Positions 7,668-15,150 of a DNA stretch of 32,000 bases are shown here, piece after piece. A program made the position numbers and the translations under genes. The stretch is taken from assembly GCF_000195975.1 (NCBI RefSeq), contig NC_005070.1, forward strand, positions 1,170,001 through 1,202,000, written 5' to 3'. The notes below the pieces were generated by a model. That model had not been told where the DNA came from, ran no database searches, and saw only the letters and a program-made list of their open reading frames with translations. This DNA comes from Parasynechococcus marenigrum WH 8102. GTDB lineage: Bacteria > Cyanobacteriota > Cyanobacteriia > PCC-6307 > Cyanobiaceae. How positions within the stretch are numbered: the stretch's first letter is position 1; each line of letters starts with the position of its first letter.

Positions 7668-7743
7668 AGTGCTGTTCATCCCAAAAAGAAGAGGTTCAGC
7701 AGTTGGCTATGCAATAGGAAAGGGTCGAAACCCTAGAAAGGCG

Positions 7744-9060
7744 TCAGGCACACCTCCTGCTTTTTAGCGGTTGAAAGGAAACCACCTTTCCGCGCTTGTG
7801 GTCTGAACGGGTGAGCTTCTCCACCAACCTTTTGTTGGCCAAAGCATCCAGCGCCTGCAGAGCCTTCTGACGGGCGTTGTCCCCCAGCTCTTCAGCCATT
7901 GCCTTGGCAACCTCAGCTGGCTCCATGGCCCGGCTAGTGAGCATCCAGTGCTCTTCCACCAACGACAGCACTTCACTGTGCCGTTCGGTGAGTTTTGCCC
8001 TGACTTTGCTTAGGTCCAGCTGTTCGCTGATGGTGTTGCTGTCGCCGTGGCAGGACCAAATGGCACGGTCAACCTGTTCAATCACGCAGTCCACCGACTT
8101 GCTGCTGCGCCCCTCTGTGGTGAGCCGCACCCAATTGTCTTCTTTAGCGTCGGGGTTGAGCCAATGCAGGTTCACCACATGACTCGCCATTCGGCTGAGC
8201 CCCCTTCCTGCTGATGCGTTGGAGGCACGTTCATGTGCCCGTGATTTGGAACTGTGGTGCAGCAACACCGTGGTGATGTTGAACGGCGCGATGCTCTCCA
8301 GCAGGTTCTGAAGAGGCTGGACAGCAGCGTCACTGTCGGAGTCCAGACCAAGCGGTCCAATCAGCGACAGAAAGGCATCTAGTACCAGCACTGCCCAGGG
8401 GTTTTGTTCGCAGTCAGCGGTGATTTTCTCAATGCCTGCCTCATCAAGATGCAGCCCGTGTTCACGGGTGTAGAGCCGCACAACGGGATCACACACCCTG
8501 TAGTTGTCCAGGTCGGTGCGAATCATCAACCCGTTGGGCACCATCACCTCACGCCAATCAGCCAAGGGTTGATCGGTGCCAACGATGATCACCTTTGGGC
8601 ATGGTGGAGCCAGGCTGAAGCGTTCAAGGAACTCACCTCTGCCCTTGGCCAGTTCGCCAAGGATGTTGCACACCACAGCCGACTTGCCGACCTTTTGAAG
8701 GGCAACCACCAGCGTCAGGGTCCGCGCTGCAATGAGGTCCTGAGCTAGCCAACGCTCCTCTGGAATCTTGAACACGTCATCTGGGCTGATGCCCTCTGAC
8801 TCCCCGCGCAGGTTGGCGCGAGCCGTTGCCACCACAGCCGCCAGATCCTTGCCGGTGAGGCTCAGCCCTAATTCACCAGCCTGTGCCCGCAGCAGGATGT
8901 TTCGCTCATGCCACGGGGTCTTGGCGACTAGGTGGTGCTCCGCCGCATCGTGCAGTTGAGCCAACGCATCAACCCTGTCGCTAAGGGCTTTGGCCTCTGG
9001 TCGTTTTGATGGATCAGCGGCCTCAACCTGATCAACGATTGCGTGTAGTTCAGCGTGCAT
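7744..9060 (-). CDS. RecA-fold replicative ATPase/helicase (AAA_25 / RepA-like) with a C-terminal winged-helix-like domain
   Basis: Walker A ALQKVGKS, Walker B AVLVLDAF, and a TVLLHHSSKS segment typical of AAA_25 proteins. The track start at 9144 is a TTG. The ATG at 9060 overlaps the primase gene end by 11 nt, so it is preferred. Confidence 0.85.
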   Translation of the reverse strand: MHAELHAIVDQVEAADPSKRPEAKALSDRVDALAQLHDAAEHHLVAKTPWHERNILLRAQAGELGLSLTGKDLAAVVATARANLRGESEGISPDDVFKIPEERWLAQDLIAARTLTLVVALQKVGKSAVVCNILGELAKGRGEFLERFSLAPPCPKVIIVGTDQPLADWREVMVPNGLMIRTDLDNYRVCDPVVRLYTREHGLHLDEAGIEKITADCEQNPWAVLVLDAFLSLIGPLGLDSDSDAAVQPLQNLLESIAPFNITTVLLHHSSKSRAHERASNASAGRGLSRMASHVVNLHWLNPDAKEDNWVRLTTEGRSSKSVDCVIEQVDRAIWSCHGDSNTISEQLDLSKVRAKLTERHSEVLSLVEEHWMLTSRAMEPAEVAKAMAEELGDNARQKALQALDALANKRLVEKLTRSDHKRGKVVSFQPLKSRRCA

Positions 9061-9964
9061 AGCGGCTCCATCCGTGTTGCTTGGCGTGGAAAAACAACGT
9101 TCCTGCACCGATCTGTTCGCCACCAGAACGGTCAACTTGCACAACGTCCCAACCGCATGAATGGCTAGGGCTGTGAGCCTCCATCAGGTCAATGGCTACC
9201 TGTTCATCGACGTCAATGTCTCGGCAGGCCGCCATCAAGCCCCACAAGATGTCGCGGTAGTCGGCATAGGTGCCTGAACCTTCAACACGCTGTGGGATTG
9301 CTTCCAGTGCGTTGACGATTTCCCGCAGTGGCAGTGAGTTGTGCCGACCGCTGGTAAACCGCTTCCTGGCAGCAGGTTGCGGCTTTGGCACCGGCAACTG
9401 TGGCAGCACTGCATCCAGCTCTTCAGCTGAATAACGCGGGCCGTCCGCACTGATGATTTGAACCTGACCCTGGGATTCACCACTTCGGTTGATGTAGTGG
9501 CTCCCTGCCATCCGCATCATGCGGTTTTTGCCTTTACGGGAGCGATCACACCCTTCAGCTGCGATGTGCAGCCTTTCCATCAGCACGGTCCAGAGCGCCG
9601 GTTCAATGGGGCTCTTCAACCCCAGATATTGGTGGATGCTCTTGCCTTGTGTGTCGATCTGGAAGGTTGGCTCCAGACCAAGGAGTGATTCGCACAATCC
9701 AACCTGTTTAGACCGTGGTCGGTCATCGTGTTCAAAGAACAAGGTGCTGCAAAGGCTGATGTCCTTTGCTTTGGTGCCGCCGATGTTGGGCTGCAGGTAA
9801 ATCCCGTAGCCCTGGTTGTTCAGATCCTGGAAATGTTCCAGGTCCATGGCGAAGTTGCCATTGATGGCTCCACCGGCTTTGCCTTTGTATGGGATGGCAC
9901 GGATGTGGACATCACGTTCATCCCTGCCAAGCAGGTCCAGATGCCAATGGGGCTTGGGCTGCAT
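9050..9964 (-). CDS. Archaeo-eukaryotic-type primase-polymerase (Prim-Pol) with a PriCT-2-like C-terminal domain
   Basis: AEP-like motifs: LFFEHDD (acidic motif I), KSIHQY (motif II His) and MRMAGSHYINR (motif III). The C-terminal YADYRDILWGLMAA is PriCT-like. ATG at 9964 (the track start at 9967 is TTG). Confidence 0.8.
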   Translation of the reverse strand: MQPKPHWHLDLLGRDERDVHIRAIPYKGKAGGAINGNFAMDLEHFQDLNNQGYGIYLQPNIGGTKAKDISLCSTLFFEHDDRPRSKQVGLCESLLGLEPTFQIDTQGKSIHQYLGLKSPIEPALWTVLMERLHIAAEGCDRSRKGKNRMMRMAGSHYINRSGESQGQVQIISADGPRYSAEELDAVLPQLPVPKPQPAARKRFTSGRHNSLPLREIVNALEAIPQRVEGSGTYADYRDILWGLMAACRDIDVDEQVAIDLMEAHSPSHSCGWDVVQVDRSGGEQIGAGTLFFHAKQHGWSRYAR

Positions 9965-9974
9965 CAATGATCAG

Positions 9975-9994
9975 TTGCGCACCACCTTGCGCAC
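9975..9994 (+). repeat. Paired 8-mer TTGCGCAC-CACC-TTGCGCAC directly upstream of the primase start
   Basis: Two exact copies with 12-bp phasing. In the gene orientation it reads GTGCGCAAggtgGTGCGCAActgatcattgATG. Confidence 0.6.
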
Positions 9995-10134
9995 TGACGC
10001 CCCGGGAGGCGTAACTTGCTTCAGTAGTGCCAGTGCATTTGGATGCAGCAACCTGCTGCTTGTATAGCAGTTTGGGGCTTAGCCTTGAGGTATCACGGGC
10101 CTCATGGCTGCTCAATTTTTGGGCAGTCATTTTT

Positions 10135-10353
10135 TTATACCTCGCGGTCTGCTTGTTTCTTGAACCGGCGGTAATCCCGCATGTGGTGCTCAAAAGAGTC
10201 CTGCCACATCTCTCTGTTGTCTTGGCTGCGGTGCTGTTCCTGTGCCCGTTCGGCGCACACTGATGCGTGACGCGCAGACTGCAGCATTTTTTCCTGCGCG
10301 GTTAACTTGAACGGCACTTTCTTGCCGTTGTCATCAAAGGTTTGGCGCTGCAT
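10135..10353 (-). CDS. Hypothetical 72-aa charged protein
   Basis: The ATG overlaps the stop of the upstream Xis-like ORF (TGATG at 10353). No domain recognised. Confidence 0.5.
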   Translation of the reverse strand: MQRQTFDDNGKKVPFKLTAQEKMLQSARHASVCAERAQEQHRSQDNREMWQDSFEHHMRDYRRFKKQADREV

Positions 10354-10598
10354 CAGACCAACTCCTTAATCAGTTGTTCTGCCTGCCGACGAAGCTGACC
10401 GCGTCGGCTCAGCAGCTCCTGAATTGCTGCAACTTCCCAGCGAATCGGGCTTTTAGGAGTTGGCCCCGAAAACCAGTGCTCACCTTCGATTAAGGGACCA
10501 CCTTGAGAGTCCTTTAGTCGTTGGAGATGGCCCTGCGACAGGCAGAGCATGGGGGCTGCAGCTGATGTCTTGAACAGCTGCCGAATACTATCTGGCAT
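10353..10598 (-). CDS. Excisionase/AlpA-like small DNA-binding protein (putative)
   Basis: The track ORF starts at TTG 10652, but the first ATG is at 10598. MPDSIRQLFKTSAAAPMLCLSQGHLQRLKDSQGGPLIEGEHWF...IRWEVAAIQELL follows the pattern of MerR-type excisionase HTH proteins. It sits between the integrase and the replication genes. Confidence 0.45.
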   Translation of the reverse strand: MPDSIRQLFKTSAAAPMLCLSQGHLQRLKDSQGGPLIEGEHWFSGPTPKSPIRWEVAAIQELLSRRGQLRRQAEQLIKELV

Positions 10599-10911
10599 GG
10601 AAATAGGCGCACGAAGGTAACGTGCAGCGCCCCCTTGTCTCGTCCGGAGCAACTGCGACCCGTTCCAGAGCCTTCGTGTTTGGGCAGTACCCCTAACCGT
10701 CGCCTAGCCGGTTAGTGCTTTGTTCCTTTGCAGGATTCCGACCGTCACATGATGCTGTGATCGCTGGCAAGCCAGAAATGTCGGGGCCGAACTCAGAGAA
10801 TTCCTTCGTGGGCAGGGTGAAGAGTTTCGCTTACCAGCACGGTGAAGTTCAAATGAACATCACGTTCATAATGTAACCACATCCATTCGGTTCTGCGCAA
10901 CCCTGATGTAT

Positions 10912-12267
10912 TTACATCTCTGAATTGACCCGTTCAACCTCTGCTTTGAGGCTGGCGGCGTCAATCCAACGGCCATACCAACGTTGATGCGTCACCAAAT
11001 CGTGGCCCATCAACTTTGCTGCAGCACGGTGCGACATCTTCGTGTCTCCGTAGTTTGCGCGCCATGCAAATCCGTGCCGCAAACTATATGGCGTGATGTC
11101 TTCCGTTCCAGGGTTGGATTTCAAATTTTTCCATGCTCTGCATCTAACGCAGAGCATTTGCCGGAACTCCACCCCGACGTAACTGAATGAATCAATGTGG
11201 TTCGGATGGTCAGGCTTCATCCTGTCAATTTGAACCTGCAGTGCCGCTGGTAGTTTCGCCTTGCCTCCAAAAAACTGCTGCAGGACTTTGGCACCTTCAC
11301 GATTGCGCCCTTTGATTTCCAGGGGAAAGATGTCCCTGGCCTCAGGCGGATGCTTCATCTGTTTTGTGTTCCGCTTGGTGCTGACAACCCTTGCCTGACC
11401 ATCAACCTGGTGCAGGGTTGCAAGTTCGCTTGGACGGATGCCGCAATATCCAACAATCGCCACGGCAACATATTCACGGACCCTGCCCTCTTCCAGCAGG
11501 TCATCCAATAGTTCAACGAACATATCTGGCTTGATTGCCGGAGTGAGTGCATGTGTTGTTGAAACTGTCTTAAACCCCACCAGCTCTTCAATCTGCTTTC
11601 TGTCCGGCGGTAGATACCTTTTCGGCATCCCGCAAACATCAACGGCGAATTTTAAAAATCTGCCGATGTCGTCCAGGCTCTTTTTGCGACCGGATGCACC
11701 TGCCTCAATCTGAGCGCCTGGTTTGTGCTCCTCACCATTAGGGCCAAGGAAGTGGACTTCCTTATATGCCTGCATCAACCCCAGACCAGTCCTGGGCTTT
11801 GGTTTGTGGTGGTTCAGTAGAGCCATGGCCCGCTCCAGCCTGTAGTCGTAGTCCCGCAGGGTTTTCCAGCGGCAGCTTGATTTCGACTTGAGGAATTTTT
11901 CCAAGACGGCATCCCAGCCTTTGTTCGTCGTCAGGCCATGGCCGGACTGAGCTTCCGCTTGCTCATCAAGGGTGTCGGCGTTGATCTTGGCAACTTCGTT
12001 CAGTTCTTTTTGAGGATCAGCCTGAAGCGCCTTGGCTATGGCGATGACCTTGTTGAGGATCTGGCGCTTGCTGGATGCCTCCCAAGGGAACGGCAGCATC
12101 ACGCTGCTGCGACGACCGTCTTCAGTCCTGTGAGTCAGCTTGCAGGAGCCAGACAAGTTGCCGTCGCTGCGCTTATGGCCGCAGACGTTCCAGCCCAAGC
12201 CGATTTCGGTCTTGATGTCTTGCCGCAGGCTCTTGGCCCACTCCTCACCAGACCGAAGCTTTGGCAT
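10912..12267 (-). CDS. int: Tyrosine recombinase / phage-type integrase
   Basis: The C-terminal catalytic domain has GIRPSELATL (Arg I), TPYSLRHGFAW (box with H-x-x-R) and LMGHDLVTHQRWYGRW (His and nucleophile Tyr). It also has a long N-terminal domain. Confidence 0.9.
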   Translation of the reverse strand: MPKLRSGEEWAKSLRQDIKTEIGLGWNVCGHKRSDGNLSGSCKLTHRTEDGRRSSVMLPFPWEASSKRQILNKVIAIAKALQADPQKELNEVAKINADTLDEQAEAQSGHGLTTNKGWDAVLEKFLKSKSSCRWKTLRDYDYRLERAMALLNHHKPKPRTGLGLMQAYKEVHFLGPNGEEHKPGAQIEAGASGRKKSLDDIGRFLKFAVDVCGMPKRYLPPDRKQIEELVGFKTVSTTHALTPAIKPDMFVELLDDLLEEGRVREYVAVAIVGYCGIRPSELATLHQVDGQARVVSTKRNTKQMKHPPEARDIFPLEIKGRNREGAKVLQQFFGGKAKLPAALQVQIDRMKPDHPNHIDSFSYVGVEFRQMLCVRCRAWKNLKSNPGTEDITPYSLRHGFAWRANYGDTKMSHRAAAKLMGHDLVTHQRWYGRWIDAASLKAEVERVNSEM

Positions 12268-12284
12268 CTCCTGGGTGCTGCCCT

Positions 12285-12304
12285 GTGCGCATTAGTGTGC
12301 GCAA
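12285..12304 (+). repeat. Right-end paired 8-mer module GTGCGCAT-TAGT-GTGCGCAA
   Basis: Read directly from the sequence. It lies 18 nt upstream of the integrase start codon on the opposite strand. A further exact GTGCGCAA is at 12341-12348. Confidence 0.6.
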
Positions 12305-12412
12305 AAACATGGATACAAGCAACCACAAGTGATCACATTTGTGCGCAACCTCGCCGGTCAATGCAGCGCAGATCAAAGGCTGGGCCTGTGTTTATGAGGA
12401 TTCTCAGGCGAC

Positions 12413-13174
12413 TTATGAGTTTTTCAGCGACTGCTCCTCCAGCAGCATGTTGAATTGCAGGAGCTGTTCGTCGGTAAGTTGCTGACGGCTGCTGGCCTGC
12501 AGATGCTCCTGCAGAAAGCCTCGAGCCTGCTCTGCCTTCCAGCCCAGCTGTTTGAGCATTTGATCGCCCTGTGTGATCAGATCACTGCGGCGAATCGGAA
12601 TGTGGGCTTGATCCGGCTGCTCCTGGGGCTGCAATTGCCGTAGCTGGCGCAGGTAGGCCACCAGATCTGCATAGCGGGTCAACCGATGGCGACTGGCATG
12701 GCCGAAGGCCCGTTCGAGGTAAACCCGTTCCTGATCTCGCCCCCAGCCAATGCGCTTCAGCTCCAGATCGATGGCGGTGAGTTCTTCGCTCCAGTCCTCC
12801 GGATCTGTCGGTGTTTCTGATGGTGGATCCGATGGGGGAGCGATCAGTTGCGGTGTCTCTGCTGCAGGCGGCTGATCCACCGCGACCGGCTTCGCCATTG
12901 CCCTCGGTTGTTTGATCGGTGCCGGTTGAGAACGGGATTCCGCCACCCGAGTCTGAGGAGGCGTTGGCTCTGGCTTTGGTTCGGGGGCGACCTGCGGCTT
13001 GGCATCAACCCCCGCAAGCTTCTCTTGCAAGCGCCGCCGGGCGCGCTCTTCTGCGTCTTCCGCATTGGCAGCTTCGCCCAGGCAGCTGGCGATGCAGCGC
13101 TCACCATTCCAGGCCTCGACGCGCACGATGCAGCGCAGGGTGTCGACGTGACACAACTCGGCTCGTACCTGCAT
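12413..13174 (-). CDS. Conserved hypothetical protein with a Pro-rich linker and two internally repeated C-terminal segments
   Basis: 253-aa ORF with ATG start and core-like GC. It has an internal duplication (RIGWGRDQERVYLERAFGHASRHRLT versus QLGWKAEQARGFLQEHLQASSRQQLT). Confidence 0.7.
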   Translation of the reverse strand: MQVRAELCHVDTLRCIVRVEAWNGERCIASCLGEAANAEDAEERARRRLQEKLAGVDAKPQVAPEPKPEPTPPQTRVAESRSQPAPIKQPRAMAKPVAVDQPPAAETPQLIAPPSDPPSETPTDPEDWSEELTAIDLELKRIGWGRDQERVYLERAFGHASRHRLTRYADLVAYLRQLRQLQPQEQPDQAHIPIRRSDLITQGDQMLKQLGWKAEQARGFLQEHLQASSRQQLTDEQLLQFNMLLEEQSLKNS

Positions 13175-13211
13175 CCGTCTGGAACCTTTGCGCTCTTTCT
13201 AGGCTGCCGCC

Positions 13212-13940
13212 ATGGACATCACGGCGCTTCCCTCTCTCACCGACGTTTTTGAGGGCGCAGATCAATGGGGCGAGGTACTGGCTTTACTGCCTGTTCTTGT
13301 GATGTTGGAGCTCATTCTCTCCGCTGATAATGCCATCGCACTTGCGGCGATTGCCCGTTCCAGCCGCAGTCCTGAACAGGAGCGTTTGGCCCTGAACATC
13401 GGCATCGGCCTGGCGATGCTGCTGCGGGTTGGCCTGATCGCTCTGGCTCAGTGGGTGTTGCAGAGCGCATGGGTTCAGCTTCTCGCTGCCGCCTATCTGT
13501 TCTGGCTGTTCATCAATCACCTGCGTCAGTTTTCTCAGGACAACGCCGATGACGCGGCTGCGACGGTTGTGTCGACCCAGGCCAGGAGCCTGATGCAGAC
13601 CGTTCTGCTGCTTGGTTTCACTGATCTGGCCTTCTCGATTGACAGCGTTGCGGCGGCAGTTGCGGTGAGTGACCAGCTCCTGTTGATCAGCACGGGGGCC
13701 GTGATCGGAATCATTGCCTTGCGCTTCACGTCCGGGCTGTTCATCCGCTGGCTGGACGAGTACGCACGGCTCGAGACGGCCGGGTTTCTGTCCGTTGCTT
13801 TTGTGGCCCTGCGTTTGCTGGTCCACGTTCTGATTCCACAGTTCAATCAACCGGATTGGTTGACCATGCTGGTGGTGTTCTTGTTGTTCGCCTGGGGCTT
13901 TTCCGTCCGTTCGCCGATGGAGGCCGATCATGCTGGTTGA
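13212..13940 (+). CDS. terC: TerC-family integral membrane protein
   Basis: LELILSADNAIALAAIA and FSIDSVAAAVAV are the paired TerC-family signature segments. Multiple TM helices. Confidence 0.85.
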   Translation: MDITALPSLTDVFEGADQWGEVLALLPVLVMLELILSADNAIALAAIARSSRSPEQERLALNIGIGLAMLLRVGLIALAQWVLQSAWVQLLAAAYLFWLFINHLRQFSQDNADDAAATVVSTQARSLMQTVLLLGFTDLAFSIDSVAAAVAVSDQLLLISTGAVIGIIALRFTSGLFIRWLDEYARLETAGFLSVAFVALRLLVHVLIPQFNQPDWLTMLVVFLLFAWGFSVRSPMEADHAG

Positions 13941-14268
13941 GCTGCGTCAGGCCGGTAGCGAAGCGCTGCTGGATCGACTGGACCTGGAGAACGCGCCCCA
14001 GCCAGGGCGCTGGCTGGAAACGGAGGAGCAAAGTTTTCTGGTGTTGCAGCGACGTCATCGCTACACCTTGCGGAATGGCCGTTATGAAATTTCGTCGGTT
14101 GCCTTATTGGTCAAACCCCAGATCAGGCCCGCCGATGCCCAGCGTTGGCGGCATGGCTGGGTGATTGGCGACCCCGACTGCCGCTTCAACGCCCGTAGTC
14201 CTTTGCTCCGTTGTGCTGTTTGGCCGGAAGGGCCCTGCGACAACTGCACCCATCGGGAGTTGCGATGA
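13930..14268 (+). CDS. Conserved hypothetical protein with a Cys-rich C-terminus
   Basis: 112-aa ORF that overlaps the terC end by 11 nt and the next gene by ATGA. It contains CRFNARSPLLRCAVWPEGPCDNC. Confidence 0.6.
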   Translation: MLVELRQAGSEALLDRLDLENAPQPGRWLETEEQSFLVLQRRHRYTLRNGRYEISSVALLVKPQIRPADAQRWRHGWVIGDPDCRFNARSPLLRCAVWPEGPCDNCTHRELR

Positions 14269-14918
14269 CCCAGGACGGCTGGATTCGCACCACTTTGGTG
14301 TGCGGGCATGGCGTGGCCTCTGGCTGTAGCACAACGTCCCCCTATCCGGAGGGAACCATTGCCATGCAGCGACCGTTGTTTGCCCAGCTTGGGCTCGATC
14401 TCTCTGACTGCTGGCCTGGAACGTTGAATCTCAGCGTTGCGCCACTGGAAGTGCAACTTCGCGATCCCGACCACACGTTTCCCCATCTCCACTGGACAGA
14501 CCTGCACCCACCGGAAACCTTCTCTTTCTGGCGCATCACCGTCCAATCAGCTGCTGATGACGAGGTTCCAGCCTGGATCTATTACCCCCATCCGGAAACG
14601 AAGGAGCGACACCAGCAGCCCCGATCCGTGATGGAGGTGCTAGCACCAAGGCTGAACTCGGCTTGGCCTGGTACCGAGCTGCTGCTTTGCGACTCCATGC
14701 AGCGCATAGATTGCGTCGATGGTCTGCGGCTGCGGGCTCAGTTGCTTGAGTTTTTGAAATTCCGCGTGCTCGCCGCCCAGGATGGATTTTTCGTGGAGTC
14801 CAGCGTTGAGGAACGCCGGGCCTGGCTTGCTCAACACCATCCCCAGGCGCTGGTGTTGAACGATGCTTCCCTGCAGATGGTGTGGGACCGAGCCCACGTG
14901 CTCTACACCGAGTCGTGA
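14265..14918 (+). CDS. Conserved hypothetical protein with an N-terminal DUF120 / CTP-dependent riboflavin-kinase-like segment
   Basis: The ATG at 14265 overlaps the upstream stop (ATGA). GHGVASG...PYPEGT...LGLDLSDCWPGTLNLSV resembles the G-x-V-x-S-G...GTLN(L/V) pattern of archaeal RibK/DUF120. Confidence 0.65.
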   Translation: MTQDGWIRTTLVCGHGVASGCSTTSPYPEGTIAMQRPLFAQLGLDLSDCWPGTLNLSVAPLEVQLRDPDHTFPHLHWTDLHPPETFSFWRITVQSAADDEVPAWIYYPHPETKERHQQPRSVMEVLAPRLNSAWPGTELLLCDSMQRIDCVDGLRLRAQLLEFLKFRVLAAQDGFFVESSVEERRAWLAQHHPQALVLNDASLQMVWDRAHVLYTES

Positions 14919-14979
14919 GGGCCAACGCCACACAAAGGCCAGCCTTCTTAATATTTGTTCATTCGAACGGGTTCAGTTG

Positions 14980-15144
14980 ATGGCGCCTGAAGATGCTTTC
15001 CAGCGCGAGGTCTTCCGCCGCGAGCTGGATGATGAAGCCGATGCATCGCGTCTGCGGGCGCTTGCGCTGGAGCTTTACGACCTGTGGCAGCGCCAGCGCT
15101 CGGTGACGAATCAGCTGGTTCTGCAGGACATCCGTCAGTCCTGA
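14980..15144 (+). CDS. 54-aa NblA-like small protein (tentative)
   Basis: This is the internal ATG of track ORF 14863-15144. MAPEDAFQREVFRRELDDEADASRLRALALELYDLWQRQRSVTNQLVLQDIRQS has an F-x4-F...L-x-LY spacing close to NblA family proteins (for example EQQFSIRSF...LVKLYEQM). Confidence 0.45.
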   Translation: MAPEDAFQREVFRRELDDEADASRLRALALELYDLWQRQRSVTNQLVLQDIRQS

Positions 15145-15150
15145 TCTGGC

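Larger units (their letters stand above)
2611..12304. mobile_element. Integrative, probably replicative genomic island (integrase + Xis-like + AEP primase + RecA-fold helicase + iterons + cargo). Comparable to phage-satellite/PICI-like elements and to the tycheposon class described in marine picocyanobacteria
   Basis: Bounded by directly repeated GTGCGCAT-N4-GTGCGCAA modules (2617-2636 and 12285-12304) and a shared ATTAGTGTGCGCA 13-mer (2611-2623 and 12291-12303). The integrase gene abuts the right end. Composition is lower in GC than the flanking core. The compositional break on the left is already at about 1703, so the left limit could lie further out. Confidence 0.7.

Noticed and set aside
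7302-7679. 125-aa minus-strand ORF containing GLKGLKGLK
   Set aside because: The repeat peptide is simply the translation of the TTTCAACCC tandem 9-mers. The ORF also overlaps the HTH gene antisense.
9918-10193. ORF (about 70 aa from ATG 10130) between orf72 and the primase
   Set aside because: It overlaps the primase start by 47 nt. It reads through the TTGCGCAC pair and gives a low-complexity product. The tight spacing after the upstream stop is the only point in its favour.
13175-13211. yybP-ykoY (Mn) riboswitch upstream of terC or of the GDT1 pair, as found in many bacteria
   Set aside because: Only 37 nt precede terC, and the GDT1 genes follow ykgJ by 5 nt. There is no room for a riboswitch of about 100 nt or more.
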